From assembly GCA_019752595.1 (NCBI GenBank), contig JAIELV010000001.1:489209-553208 (forward strand): a DNA stretch of 64,000 bases, given 5' to 3'. The notes beneath the pieces were generated by a model, which worked only from the letters and a program-made list of their open reading frames with translations, ran no database searches and was not told where the DNA came from. The translations under genes were made by a program, and so were the position numbers. Source of the stretch: Patescibacteria group bacterium. GTDB lineage: Bacteria; Patescibacteriota; Minisyncoccia; Phycocordibacterales; Phycocordibacteraceae. Below are positions 1-9,268 of the stretch, piece after piece (within the stretch, counting starts at the first letter, position 1; every line of letters starts with the position of its first letter).

Positions 1-2322
1 TAGAGGAGAGTGGACGCCGACAAGTAGACGGTCCTGCACATCTGCAGGGTTTGGCTTACCCGCTGAAATATAGCTTGCCGTAGAAACAACGCCCTTGGAA
101 ATGATTTCTTTTATTACATCCAGGATAGGATTCGATGACAAAAAGTCTCTGTGTTCTGTGTCTGGAGCAACATCGCCATATATATCCAGATTGAAATAAT
201 AAACTTCACCAAAAGAAGATACTGCACTCGGATACACAACAGTACTGTCGCCTTCAGTCGTAAACCGAGGAATGAAATCTATAACCCCGTCGTCCTCTGT
301 ATATTCAATTCCCTTTAAAGTATCTAAGCCCCATCCTGCAATTTGCACGACACGAATAGAAGGCGGAAAAACGTACGAATCAAACTCAGCATGGAAAGCA
401 TCTGCGTTTGCAAGAAGATGCGTTTTCAATACCGAAGGATTTTGAGTATCCGAATACGAAGGTTGTGAACGAACAGGAATTCCAAGAACATTGCCTGAAA
501 GGAATTGATAGAATTCTCCCAGATTACCGAGACTCAAACCCCATTGGTTTCGCCAGTTTTGCGTAATCGGAGTTGTGTTATCAAAAACGACAACAGGGTC
601 AATAACGGTTGATAAATACGTAGACGATGGGAGGAGGTTATACGCCGCCTGCATGTTTGAACCCAGTGTACGAGCTTGTGCTTTGTTGATGAACGAAAAA
701 GGGCCGTATGAAATATCTGCACCATCACCATGCAAAAGTCCTGGAATAGATTCTGGAGTCCCGAGCTGTGGGGTACCGACCATCACAAAAGAATCAACAA
801 GGTCCGCTTTCTCTTGCTCTTCCAAAGCCTTAATTATCGCCTTACCCATCAAGCCGCCCATAGAATGAGTAACTATTGTTACCTTGCCTGTCGCGGAATC
901 AAGGGCAACGCGCTCTATCTCATCGAGCAGATACATCGTGCCACTAGGTGTTTGTACGCCGTCCTGGAGAATTTTTTCGGGAGAGAAACGCCAATCGTAT
1001 GGCAACGCCTTCCACTCGCGAATATTTATATCATCACCTGTATTGGCAACGAGCGCATTCATAAAGGAAGAGAAACCAGAATAAATCGGGACTGAAATCG
1101 GACCCATATCAAAGTTCTGAAGTATTCCGCTTACCTCGACATCGGGCGTAACCGCAGTGCCATCTGGGTTAAGCATGAGAGCACTTAAATCTCCACTCAC
1201 ATCGCCGAAGGTCGGCGGCCACAGAATATCTGTTCCTTTTTTCAAAACACTGCTTTGAATACCTGGCAGGAAAACCACCGAAGAACAACATTCGGCATAT
1301 ACAGGTTCAGGTGCTACCTCGACCGGAGCAAACGGCGTGGTGGAAATTGTGGAGGCGCCGTTGTCGACACTGCCAAACCACTGAACGAATTTTGCACCAG
1401 CAGGAAGAGAGCCACTGCAGGTACTGCACGTAAGCGGTTGATTATTCTCATCGTCCCACAATTGCCAATCAGTTTCCGAAATCATACGGAACGAGAAATA
1501 TCGAACACGCTGAGTAATTGCTGTCCCAAGAGGGCTGAGTGCGCCCGATGTCAGAGTGCAATTTTCGTCGCCCGTTGCTATGCCACTACGAAACGGGCGA
1601 CCGTCGTTGCGGGGAGTTTTGAGACGAAGATGGACGCGCAAAAAACCGTCTACATACTCCGCGTGTTCGTATGAATCAAAGAAATATGGATTTGAACCTC
1701 CTATCGTCCCATCAGCAACGGACGCGCACGCTTCAGGTTTCGGAAGCGTGCCAGTGAAGACAGGTGGTTCACCGCTTTGATTCATTTTTAATTTTCGCGT
1801 GCCAAACGTACTAGCTCCGCCATCTATCGTTCCCCCAAAAGCAATGCTGGTGTACGCAGGATATGCAGGGATGTCAAAGCCAGTAATCGCAGTATTGTTT
1901 TGGTCATTCCAAATTTCAATACGAGTGGGCGAAACGACGCGGACACTCCAGTTTGAAACACCTGCTGGCAGAGAGATAGTTACTTGATTCCCCGTCACGC
2001 TGGCGCTGTTGCACTCATCGTCATAGTAGGACCACGTAAGCCTAAACTGGCGGCCGTCCGCATAATTAACTTTGAGGTGTTGGATTGGATGCCCGTCGGG
2101 GGAATATTCAAGACTTTCGTAGCTGTTAAAGAAATATCCACTTGCTGAAAAAGGAGTAGCGGGGCATTCCGCCGCTTGGACTTCCTTAGGTAAAAGGCTT
2201 AGTGAACCTACGAATACAGCAGCGGGTATAAAAATAGCGAGGAACACCCTCGCCAAAAGCCCTTTATGTAAAAGCCTGTTTTCGAAAGCCTCTTGAGAGC
2301 GCTCCCCTTTCATGAACGTCAT
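1..2322 (-). CDS. secreted alpha/beta-hydrolase (lipase/esterase-like) with two tandem N-terminal repeat domains; 3' end runs off the window start
   Basis: Uninterrupted minus-strand frame from ATG at 2322 to position 1, with no stop in the window, which is why it is absent from the ORF track. A GGAGAGG RBS-like motif lies ~8 nt upstream. Translation begins MTFMKGERSQEAF..LLARVFLAIFIPAAVFVGS (signal-peptide-like). A ~130-aa internal duplication is present. A nucleophile-elbow motif GKVTIVTHSMGGLMGK matches the GxSxG of PGAP1/LCAT-like lipases. Confidence 0.6.
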   Translation of the reverse strand, partial: MTFMKGERSQEAFENRLLHKGLLARVFLAIFIPAAVFVGSLSLLPKEVQAAECPATPFSASGYFFNSYESLEYSPDGHPIQHLKVNYADGRQFRLTWSYYDDECNSASVTGNQVTISLPAGVSNWSVRVVSPTRIEIWNDQNNTAITGFDIPAYPAYTSIAFGGTIDGGASTFGTRKLKMNQSGEPPVFTGTLPKPEACASVADGTIGGSNPYFFDSYEHAEYVDGFLRVHLRLKTPRNDGRPFRSGIATGDENCTLTSGALSPLGTAITQRVRYFSFRMISETDWQLWDDENNQPLTCSTCSGSLPAGAKFVQWFGSVDNGASTISTTPFAPVEVAPEPVYAECCSSVVFLPGIQSSVLKKGTDILWPPTFGDVSGDLSALMLNPDGTAVTPDVEVSGILQNFDMGPISVPIYSGFSSFMNALVANTGDDINIREWKALPYDWRFSPEKILQDGVQTPSGTMYLLDEIERVALDSATGKVTIVTHSMGGLMGKAIIKALEEQEKADLVDSFVMVGTPQLGTPESIPGLLHGDGADISYGPFSFINKAQARTLGSNMQAAYNLLPSSTYLSTVIDPVVVFDNTTPITQNWRNQWGLSLGNLGEFYQFLSGNVLGIPVRSQPSYSDTQNPSVLKTHLLANADAFHAEFDSYVFPPSIRVVQIAGWGLDTLKGIEYTEDDGVIDFIPRFTTEGDSTVVYPSAVSSFGEVYYFNLDIYGDVAPDTEHRDFLSSNPILDVIKEIISKGVVSTASYISAGKPNPADVQDRLLVGVHSPL

Positions 2323-2365
2323 TCTCTTCCTCTCCCACCCCACTGTCAACACCCATTCATTATAC

Positions 2366-2395
2366 CCCTAATTCGCACGAATTAGGGGTATAATA
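2366..2395. promoter_or_regulatory. 30-bp near-perfect palindrome ATACCCCTAATTCG-CA-CGAATTAGGGGTAT (copy 1), overlapping a TATAAT box upstream of the arsR-family gene
   Basis: 14-2-14 dyad read directly from the sequence. It ends 7 nt before the ATG at 2402 and sits in the divergent spacer between the lipase gene and arsR. The architecture is that of an ArsR/SmtB-type operator. Confidence 0.45.
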
Positions 2396-2401
2396 AAACA
2401 T

Positions 2402-2677
2402 ATGAATGCATTAAAACCGAAAGAATTGGAGAGCGTGCTTAAAGCTTTTGCAAACAGAAGACGCATAGAAATCCTGCAGTTTTTAAAAACAAAAAAAGAG
2501 GCTTTTGTGGGCAGCATAGCCGAGAAAATAAATCTGTCTTTAAAGTCTACGTCCAGACACCTGGCGATATTGTATACGGCTGGTTTAATTGAAAAAACAC
2601 AAAAAAGCACTTTGGTCTATTACCGAATTGCGAACGATCTTCCAGAAGTGGCGCGACGTGTCATTGCTCTTTTTTAA
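2402..2677 (+). CDS. ArsR/SmtB-family HTH transcriptional regulator
   Basis: 91-aa product with a winged-helix region (RRRIEILQFLK...GSIAEKINLSLKSTSRHLAILYTAGLIEK) typical of the ArsR family. Confidence 0.75.
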   Translation: MNALKPKELESVLKAFANRRRIEILQFLKTKKEAFVGSIAEKINLSLKSTSRHLAILYTAGLIEKTQKSTLVYYRIANDLPEVARRVIALF

Positions 2678-2705
2678 TCCTCGCCGACTTCACAGAAAAA
2701 CATAT

Positions 2706-2735
2706 ACCCCTAATTCGCACGAATTAGGGGTATTT
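2706..2735. promoter_or_regulatory. second identical copy of the 30-bp palindrome, between convergent arsR and the FTR1 permease gene
   Basis: The 30 bp match copy 1 at 2366-2395 exactly. It lies at the 3' ends of both flanking genes, so it may act as a bidirectional terminator or a second operator. Confidence 0.4.
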
Positions 2736-2766
2736 AAGAAATCTAAGAAGTGAGAGATTTTTAAAA

Positions 2767-3621
2767 TCAGACTGTGACAGACTTCTTGCGGAGGAAGAAG
2801 TAATACACCGCCCCAGCGTAGGCAATCATAATCAGAGGTGAGAGGAGTGAAATGCTCGACTCAATAAACGGCACTGGGATCGCGAGTAAGTCGGACGGGT
2901 GGAAGCCGAATTGACCTTCAAGCATTTTCATAATGCCGTTACTGGTGAATACCGCACCTAAAGCAACGATAGCGTATTCAGTTCCTGTGAAAATTTTCTT
3001 GATGGGAATTTTTGTATAGAAGAAGTAAATTCCCACCCCGACGATTGCAGCTGCAACGAAACCAACAAACAGGCCAAGCATGTTGGTCGCGAAATCCGCG
3101 AATAAAGAAACGCTCGCTGTAAAGAGTGCTATTTCAAAACCTTCGCGCAACACAAGGAAGATAATCAGGAAGAAGAACGAGAGATCGAACGCAGTTGCCT
3201 TGAGTACATCCTTTGCCATCTGCACTGCGTCCCTATTTGCCTTCCCCATCGCACGATGAAGTGCAAAAACGACGTAGGCTATGAAAACACCTGAGAAGAG
3301 CATAAGGTAGCCTTCCAAAAGCTCGGCGCTCGCTTCGGTAATCACCGTACGAGCTGAATCACCAAAGAAAAAGACACCTGTTGCAAGAAGTACAGAAATA
3401 CCAACACCTATGCCGAGCGCGAGAAGGATTTCAAATTCCTTCTTCAAATTCATCTGCTTCGACATCCCTAGAAATACACCCGCTAAAAGAAAGGCTTCCA
3501 AGAATTCACGGAACACGATGAGGATGGTGGCAATCATTTTAAAAAGTTGGTGATAGGGCTTCGTATAGTACCCTACCTGTGCCAGCACGGAAGCGAAAGT
3601 TGCCCACATGTAGCAGTTCAA
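2767..3621 (-). CDS. FTR1/EfeU-family high-affinity iron permease
   Basis: Polytopic membrane protein carrying two RExxE motifs (REFLEA and REGFEIALF), the signature of FTR1 iron permeases. Confidence 0.7.
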   Translation of the reverse strand: MNCYMWATFASVLAQVGYYTKPYHQLFKMIATILIVFREFLEAFLLAGVFLGMSKQMNLKKEFEILLALGIGVGISVLLATGVFFFGDSARTVITEASAELLEGYLMLFSGVFIAYVVFALHRAMGKANRDAVQMAKDVLKATAFDLSFFFLIIFLVLREGFEIALFTASVSLFADFATNMLGLFVGFVAAAIVGVGIYFFYTKIPIKKIFTGTEYAIVALGAVFTSNGIMKMLEGQFGFHPSDLLAIPVPFIESSISLLSPLIMIAYAGAVYYFFLRKKSVTV

Positions 3622-3676
3622 TAAGAAGAATAGGGCGCTGTCAAAAGTCTTTCGGAAAAAACCTTACAGAGCTTGG

Positions 3677-4738
3677 CTATTTCATCGCAAGAAACAACTT
3701 CCGTTCAGATTCAGGAAAATGCTCTATGGCATACCGCAGGGCAGTACGAGGGATTTTACCCACTCTTCCTTTTAGGTATTTCTTTAACTCATCCCTGGAT
3801 ACCCGCTTCCCTGCCTCGCGCAACATCCAACCTATAGCTTTATGAATGAGGTCATGCGAATCGGAAAAGAGCATATCGGCTATTTTATGAGCTTCTTTCG
3901 CGTCACCTTTTTGAATATCATAAAAAGTAGCGACCATCGCAATGCGTTTTTCCCAAAGGTTTTTCGAACGAGCAAGCCTGTACAACGGCGCCTTTGATTT
4001 GCCGTGAAGATACGCTCCTGCGATGTAGTGCGCGGACGCATCCACTAAATCCCAGTTATTTATGTGCTTTGTGTTTTTGAGATAGATATCAAAAATTTTC
4101 TTTTGTTCATTTACGTCTCCCTTGCGAAACTTGTCGACAAGAATAAACAACGCGCCCAAACGTTCTTCATGTTTCCCGATTTGCAATAAATACTCAGTGC
4201 GCGAAAGAGCCATTTCAGAATATTTCTTTGCAATTGCACGGATTTCGGGGACGGTAAGACCCAAAAACACGTCGCCCTCGGCGTATTCACCCTTCCCAGT
4301 TTTAAAGCCCATCATTGCTTTCGCCTTTTTCGGTCTCGCAAGCTTTTTAAATTCTGCGCGTATTGCATAGAGGGGTGACTCCGCCTTCGGATCATAAATA
4401 CGATGTTTTGCTTCGTACGCGCGCTTTCCTGATTCATGCACTAAACCAGCTTTTGAAAGTCGCGCATAGTGCTTCATGTTCAAAGTTGACCACGCGCTTT
4501 TTGCGCGACGTGGGGTGAAGCGTTGTGCATATTGATCTTTGTTCACTCCTTTCACCTGCCCGTCAATCCAGCCAAAACAGAGCGCTTCATCGAGCGCATC
4601 CGCGTACGTCACGCGTTTTTCGTTTTTATGCTTGCGGTCGTAGATAATCCAAATTTCTTTTTTCTTTGCGTGATTTTTCAAAAGCCATTTTCGCCATGCC
4701 GCACGATTTTTTGGATAGTAGGATTCGGTAATTTCCAT
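3677..4738 (-). CDS. fusion protein: YdeI/OmpD-associated-like N-terminal domain plus a DNA alkylation repair (AlkC/AlkD-like HEAT-repeat) domain
   Basis: N-terminal ~120 aa (YPKNRAAWRKWLLKNHAKKKEIWIIYDRK...GWIDGQ) resembles the YdeI family. C-terminal ~220 aa resembles DNA alkylation repair enzymes. Confidence 0.5.
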   Translation of the reverse strand: MEITESYYPKNRAAWRKWLLKNHAKKKEIWIIYDRKHKNEKRVTYADALDEALCFGWIDGQVKGVNKDQYAQRFTPRRAKSAWSTLNMKHYARLSKAGLVHESGKRAYEAKHRIYDPKAESPLYAIRAEFKKLARPKKAKAMMGFKTGKGEYAEGDVFLGLTVPEIRAIAKKYSEMALSRTEYLLQIGKHEERLGALFILVDKFRKGDVNEQKKIFDIYLKNTKHINNWDLVDASAHYIAGAYLHGKSKAPLYRLARSKNLWEKRIAMVATFYDIQKGDAKEAHKIADMLFSDSHDLIHKAIGWMLREAGKRVSRDELKKYLKGRVGKIPRTALRYAIEHFPESERKLFLAMK

Positions 4739-4751
4739 TACCGTCAGGCTA

Positions 4752-5915
4752 TCAGATTTTCTTCAGCACGTCCCAGATTGAAGGATCCTGTGCGCCATCT
4801 ATTTTAAAGAGGGCGACACCACGAACGCCAAGCCTCTTTGCAAGATTCACTTTGTCTTCTACGGCTTTTGCGTCAGACCACCAGACAATATGGTACGCAG
4901 GCTTCGTAGCGGGTGTTGAAACGGTTGCCGTCGCACCTTCAACTGTTGTAGGGTCGGCAGAACTCGGAGTAGTGGTCGGTTCAATGTGTGGCACGTACGT
5001 AAAGCTCATTTCTCCTGCTCTATTTCTTGTTACGGTGGGTTGGTACTTTGTCATCAAATCAAACGCGTATTGAGGATTGAACGCCCATTTTCTGTCGTAT
5101 TTAAATTTCCCATCAGAGAGAGGTGTGACGGCGTATTCGTGGCCGTACGTCGGGATGCCGATGACGAGCTTGCTCTTCTTTATGTCTTTTGCGGTGAGGT
5201 TGATGACTTTCTCAACCCATGCGATGTCAGCCACAGGAACGTACGGCCCCGCGCCTGCTTTGTTTAACTTCACATCAAACGTTCGTTGGTCGTACGCCAT
5301 GATGCGCACGCGGTCACAATAATTGTTGATGGCAACGAAATCATTAGCATACATGGTGGCTGAAGCAGGCGGTGTACCTTCGTAGCGAGAATCAAGCGGG
5401 GTGCGAGCCTCAATGGAACACATAACCCACTTGTTTCCCATGCGCATGTACAAACCCTTGAGAAAGGTGGCGAAATATTCTTTTGTTTCTGCCTTTTTAC
5501 TTTCGAAGTCAATATCAATACCGTCGTATCCTTTTTCTTTTACTAAGTCAGCAATGCGCTGAGCGAGCGCTCGGCGTGATGTGTCGTTTGAAAGTATTTT
5601 GTGTATCGCTTCCCCATCAGACCACATGAGGGTTGGAATGTAGCGGATTTTTTTCGCTTGCGCGGCTTTCTGCAAAGAAAGCCACGGTTCTTGTGAGAGT
5701 TTTGCGGTGTCCGCAATTGTGCCGTCGGCGCGCACGGTGTACCCAAACGGATTTATTTCTTTGAATGTTGAGAGGTGTGCGGAAACTTCTGCGGTGCCTG
5801 ACGCGATTTTCCAGTACGGGATCCAACCTGAAACTTCGAGCGGTTGTGCGGCATACGCAAAAGAGCTCGGGGAAAAAGCCGAAACCAAAAGAACGAGAAT
5901 TAAGAAACGCTTCAT
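4752..5915 (-). CDS. secreted glycoside hydrolase family 18 (chitinase-like) protein
   Basis: Signal peptide MKRFLILVLLVSAFSPSSFAYA. Catalytic motif DGIDIDFE (DxxDxDxE) is typical of GH18. A Thr/Pro-rich linker is present. Confidence 0.7.
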   Translation of the reverse strand: MKRFLILVLLVSAFSPSSFAYAAQPLEVSGWIPYWKIASGTAEVSAHLSTFKEINPFGYTVRADGTIADTAKLSQEPWLSLQKAAQAKKIRYIPTLMWSDGEAIHKILSNDTSRRALAQRIADLVKEKGYDGIDIDFESKKAETKEYFATFLKGLYMRMGNKWVMCSIEARTPLDSRYEGTPPASATMYANDFVAINNYCDRVRIMAYDQRTFDVKLNKAGAGPYVPVADIAWVEKVINLTAKDIKKSKLVIGIPTYGHEYAVTPLSDGKFKYDRKWAFNPQYAFDLMTKYQPTVTRNRAGEMSFTYVPHIEPTTTPSSADPTTVEGATATVSTPATKPAYHIVWWSDAKAVEDKVNLAKRLGVRGVALFKIDGAQDPSIWDVLKKI

Positions 5916-5948
5916 ACGCCTATACTAACAGACGACCAAAAAAGGAAT

Positions 5949-6566
5949 TTATTTCTGAACCACGAGGGAGCGACGCATGGTGTCAAATACTGAAATCAGG
6001 TCTTTACGCACATACGCGTGCATTGCGGAAGCGTTGTAGCTTGTCAGGGGAGCAGAGTGTATAGAGTACCGAACGGCAACACACGGGGAAGAGCCCGAAA
6101 CCGCATACACTTGCTCCTCGTACTCATCTTTTGCATTCGCCTTTTTCTCTACGGCGCTTGAATACAGAACATCACCCTCGATAAACGAACGGATTTTGTC
6201 GGGATTCAGCATAAAAAGCTGTACGTTACAGGAAGGCATATTCGGAATCACTTCGACAGATACTTGCGTTCCTGGAAGCAGGTTCGTGTTCTTTAATTTC
6301 GATTCAGGTACCGAAAAAGAAACGCCTCGTACCTGCAAATCTCGACCCAAGCCCGCGTACGCATAGTTTTGGTCCACCACAAAATCCGACGGGTACCGAA
6401 TGGAAAGACCAAGGTTATAGTCTGCGTATGTTTGAAGACGAGAGCCATACGCACCTCCCACAATTTCAGAAACACCGTAGAGGTGAATCCCAATACCAAG
6501 GGCTCCCAACACAAGAACGGATATAAGGATGATGACGAGAAATATACCGAAGAGCGAGTGTGTCAT
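5949..6566 (-). CDS. hypothetical membrane-anchored protein
   Basis: Single N-terminal TM helix. No recognisable motif. Confidence 0.4.
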   Translation of the reverse strand: MTHSLFGIFLVIILISVLVLGALGIGIHLYGVSEIVGGAYGSRLQTYADYNLGLSIRYPSDFVVDQNYAYAGLGRDLQVRGVSFSVPESKLKNTNLLPGTQVSVEVIPNMPSCNVQLFMLNPDKIRSFIEGDVLYSSAVEKKANAKDEYEEQVYAVSGSSPCVAVRYSIHSAPLTSYNASAMHAYVRKDLISVFDTMRRSLVVQK

Positions 6567-6575
6567 TCGGAGTAA

Positions 6576-7112
6576 TTATACGCCGTGAATACCCTCCGTC
6601 TTAGCGGGTTTCTTGTCATGCTTGAGCATGCTATAGATGAGCGCTCCCAAAATGACTAGGTTTGAAGCGGTTCCTGCGTATGATTCTACGAACACTGTAT
6701 ACGGTATCCACATAACAACGCCGACAAAGGTGCCGAGGCGAATGGTTGCCGCGTTCCCCTCCCACCGTACGTAGACGCCAATCAACATCGCCAACGTTGG
6801 CAACAGACTGATATACCCTTCCCATACAAACGGAAGTGCGATGACAGGAACCGTTAAAAACACATACAACCACGCGCGATGCTTAGCCCAATCTTCTTTC
6901 TCTTTTTTTACAAAAACCCAATTGCGAATAGCGACGACAATGTCTATCACCATCCCAGTCCATGCGGAGAGAAGGGCGTAGTGAATAATGTACACGAACG
7001 AGCCGTGCATCTGTCGCGTTAAAAGTTTCTCACGCGTCTTTGCCTGATAGGAATATATAGAGAAACCGAGGGCGACAACACCAATCGCCTGTGCAATCCA
7101 AAAGATACTCAT
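6576..7112 (-). CDS. inner membrane protein, YgjV-like
   Basis: Small polytopic membrane protein, 178 aa, with repeated 3-TM halves resembling the YgjV family. Confidence 0.45.
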   Translation of the reverse strand: MSIFWIAQAIGVVALGFSIYSYQAKTREKLLTRQMHGSFVYIIHYALLSAWTGMVIDIVVAIRNWVFVKKEKEDWAKHRAWLYVFLTVPVIALPFVWEGYISLLPTLAMLIGVYVRWEGNAATIRLGTFVGVVMWIPYTVFVESYAGTASNLVILGALIYSMLKHDKKPAKTEGIHGV

Positions 7113-7318
7113 TATTCTCCAGGGCAGGCGGGAAATTCGCAGTTCGGACCAACTCTTCCGACACCTGTTCCATCAGGACATATCTTTGCATCCATGGTGC
7201 ACGCAATCATATCCCCCTCCGCTTGTGGATTCGAATTCTGTAGCATTGGTACGAGGAATACATACACTGCAATCAGACCAGCAATGCCCCCGATAACTAT
7301 AAGAATATTCTTGAGCAT
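7112..7318 (-). CDS. small membrane-anchored Cys-containing protein
   Basis: 68 aa with an N-terminal TM helix and a C-terminal CxxxxC...CxxxxC arrangement. The stop overlaps the downstream gene start. Confidence 0.3.
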   Translation of the reverse strand: MLKNILIVIGGIAGLIAVYVFLVPMLQNSNPQAEGDMIACTMDAKICPDGTGVGRVGPNCEFPACPGE

Positions 7319-7327
7319 TCCTCTATT

Positions 7328-9160
7328 CTAACGCACCTCTTCTGTATCGTTTACCGCATCCCGAGTTGCCACATACCGCTCCCACAATTCTTTAAACTCG
7401 AGAGAATTTTGCTTTAGGTCTTCAAAGGTGCCTGATGCTACAACACGGCCACCTTTAAAGAGATACACGGAATCGAAGAGCGAGAGGAGGTGAAGGCGGT
7501 GGATTGAGGAAATGATTGTTTTTTCGGGAAATGCATCGAATATATTTTTGTAGATTTTTAATTCGTTGCCAAAATCCACACTTGAGGTTGGTTCGTCCAA
7601 AAGAACAATGTCTTTCTGTTCGGATGCCAAAAGTCCGCGAGCCAATGCCAAACGTTGTTTCTCTCCCCCTGAGAGGTTTACGCCTTTCTCAACTATTGAA
7701 GACTCCAAACCTTTCGGAAGCCGCTTTACCACATCACTGAATGCAGCTAAATCGGTGTAGACCTTAATATGGCTTTCAGAATATTCAACGCCGAGCGTTA
7801 TGTTTTCCCGAATAGTGGTCGAGAATATTTCTGGATCCTGAGGCACAAGCGATATAGAGTCACTTATCGATGGGAATCCGCCTAGAACAAGAGTGCCATC
7901 AACCGAGAGTGTGACTGTTTTTGGATGATGCAGATCCCTCAAAAGTTTGAGGAGTGTGCTTTTACCTCCTCCGCTCTCTCCTATGAGCGCAACCCGCTCT
8001 CCTTTCCGCACGTTCAACGTGAGCGCAGAGAGACTATCCTGATGAGAATTTCCATAAGAGAACGAGAGATCACGAACGGAAAGTGTTTGCCAGTTTTTAG
8101 GGAGTAAGTTTTTGCTCATTTCCTTTTCCTCTCTAAAATCTTTAGACAATTCTTCTGCATTTGAGACGTACGCGCGCCAGCGAATAATGTCGTTATACAG
8201 GTGCGCGAAGGTGAAGAACGTATTTCGTATACGGTCAACGTATCCGTACAGAATATACAAGGTACCGACCATCACCGCGCCAGCAGCAAATTGTTTGCCA
8301 AGGTATATCGCGATAACCAAAATAGACACCACACGCCCGAGCATTGACGCGGAAAACCACTTCCATTCGTTAACCCGCGCATTCGTCATGAACTGATTTT
8401 TTGGCTTGCTGATTACGAGCGAAAGCGCTTTCACTACGAGCGCTTCGACACGCAGAATAATGACCGTCGTCACATTTGAGAGTGAGTCAAAGACTTTTGC
8501 CTGCACATCGTTCTCAAGAAGGCTTACTTTTTTGTAGCCAGGCACAAGTTTTCGGTCAAAGAGCGTTAGGACAAAGAACGTAGGAATAATGAGCACAAGC
8601 GCCACAAACCCTGCGAAGAAGTCAAAGTAAAACAGCGCAGCAAGTCCAGCGATGAGCGTGATGACTGAATGAATAATCTGGAACGTATTTTCCGAGAATC
8701 CGTATAAACCGTTCGATCCCTTCTCTATTTTGTCTATGGTGTCACCTGAATGATGGTCTGTGTGCCACTCTACGGGAAGCGAAAGCGTACCTTTCAAAAG
8801 ATGCGTTTTGTAGTTCGCTTTTGCCCGAAACGCATTTTCGCTCTCCATGATGCGCGAGGGGCCATGAAGCGCCCACCCCACGAATTCAATAACGAAGAAG
8901 GTGGCAACAAACATCAGGACGGTGTCTAAGTTCGCTGCAGAAATACCGTTCTCCTGCATCTCATTGAGAAGAAAGCCCACAATAAGGGGCTCGAGCATCC
9001 ACACAATGATGCTTGCTGCCGACATAGCAGAATACACAATCACTCGCGCGCGATTGCCAGCAGAATAGCGCCACAACATGCGCCAGAGGTAGATAAGAGG
9101 ATTTGATTCTTTTTTGTTCATAGATAACTTACATAAAAAACACGCGCTCCAGGCGCGCAA
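7328..9160 (-). CDS. ABC transporter, fused permease/ATP-binding protein (exporter type)
   Basis: Six-TM N-terminal domain plus nucleotide-binding domain with Walker A GESGGGKST, signature LSGGEKQRLALARGLL and Walker B IVLLDEPTS. The true start is probably MNKKESN at 9121. Confidence 0.8.
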   Translation of the reverse strand: MRAWSACFLCKLSMNKKESNPLIYLWRMLWRYSAGNRARVIVYSAMSAASIIVWMLEPLIVGFLLNEMQENGISAANLDTVLMFVATFFVIEFVGWALHGPSRIMESENAFRAKANYKTHLLKGTLSLPVEWHTDHHSGDTIDKIEKGSNGLYGFSENTFQIIHSVITLIAGLAALFYFDFFAGFVALVLIIPTFFVLTLFDRKLVPGYKKVSLLENDVQAKVFDSLSNVTTVIILRVEALVVKALSLVISKPKNQFMTNARVNEWKWFSASMLGRVVSILVIAIYLGKQFAAGAVMVGTLYILYGYVDRIRNTFFTFAHLYNDIIRWRAYVSNAEELSKDFREEKEMSKNLLPKNWQTLSVRDLSFSYGNSHQDSLSALTLNVRKGERVALIGESGGGKSTLLKLLRDLHHPKTVTLSVDGTLVLGGFPSISDSISLVPQDPEIFSTTIRENITLGVEYSESHIKVYTDLAAFSDVVKRLPKGLESSIVEKGVNLSGGEKQRLALARGLLASEQKDIVLLDEPTSSVDFGNELKIYKNIFDAFPEKTIISSIHRLHLLSLFDSVYLFKGGRVVASGTFEDLKQNSLEFKELWERYVATRDAVNDTEEVR

Positions 9161-9268
9161 TGTAAAACGAGCCTAGGCGTAAGCCTTAGAGGAGAAAGTC
9201 TGCGTTGAGATTTGATGCCATACGCAAGATATTAGGTAGGTTTACCATACCAGAGAGTGAAGGAATTT

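Noticed and set aside
534-1987. Numerous short ORF-track ORFs on both strands within 1-2322
   Set aside because: All are embedded in, or antisense to, the long stop-free minus-strand lipase frame (<1..2322). That frame has a signal peptide, a GxSxG motif and an internal domain duplication. The short ORFs have no motifs.
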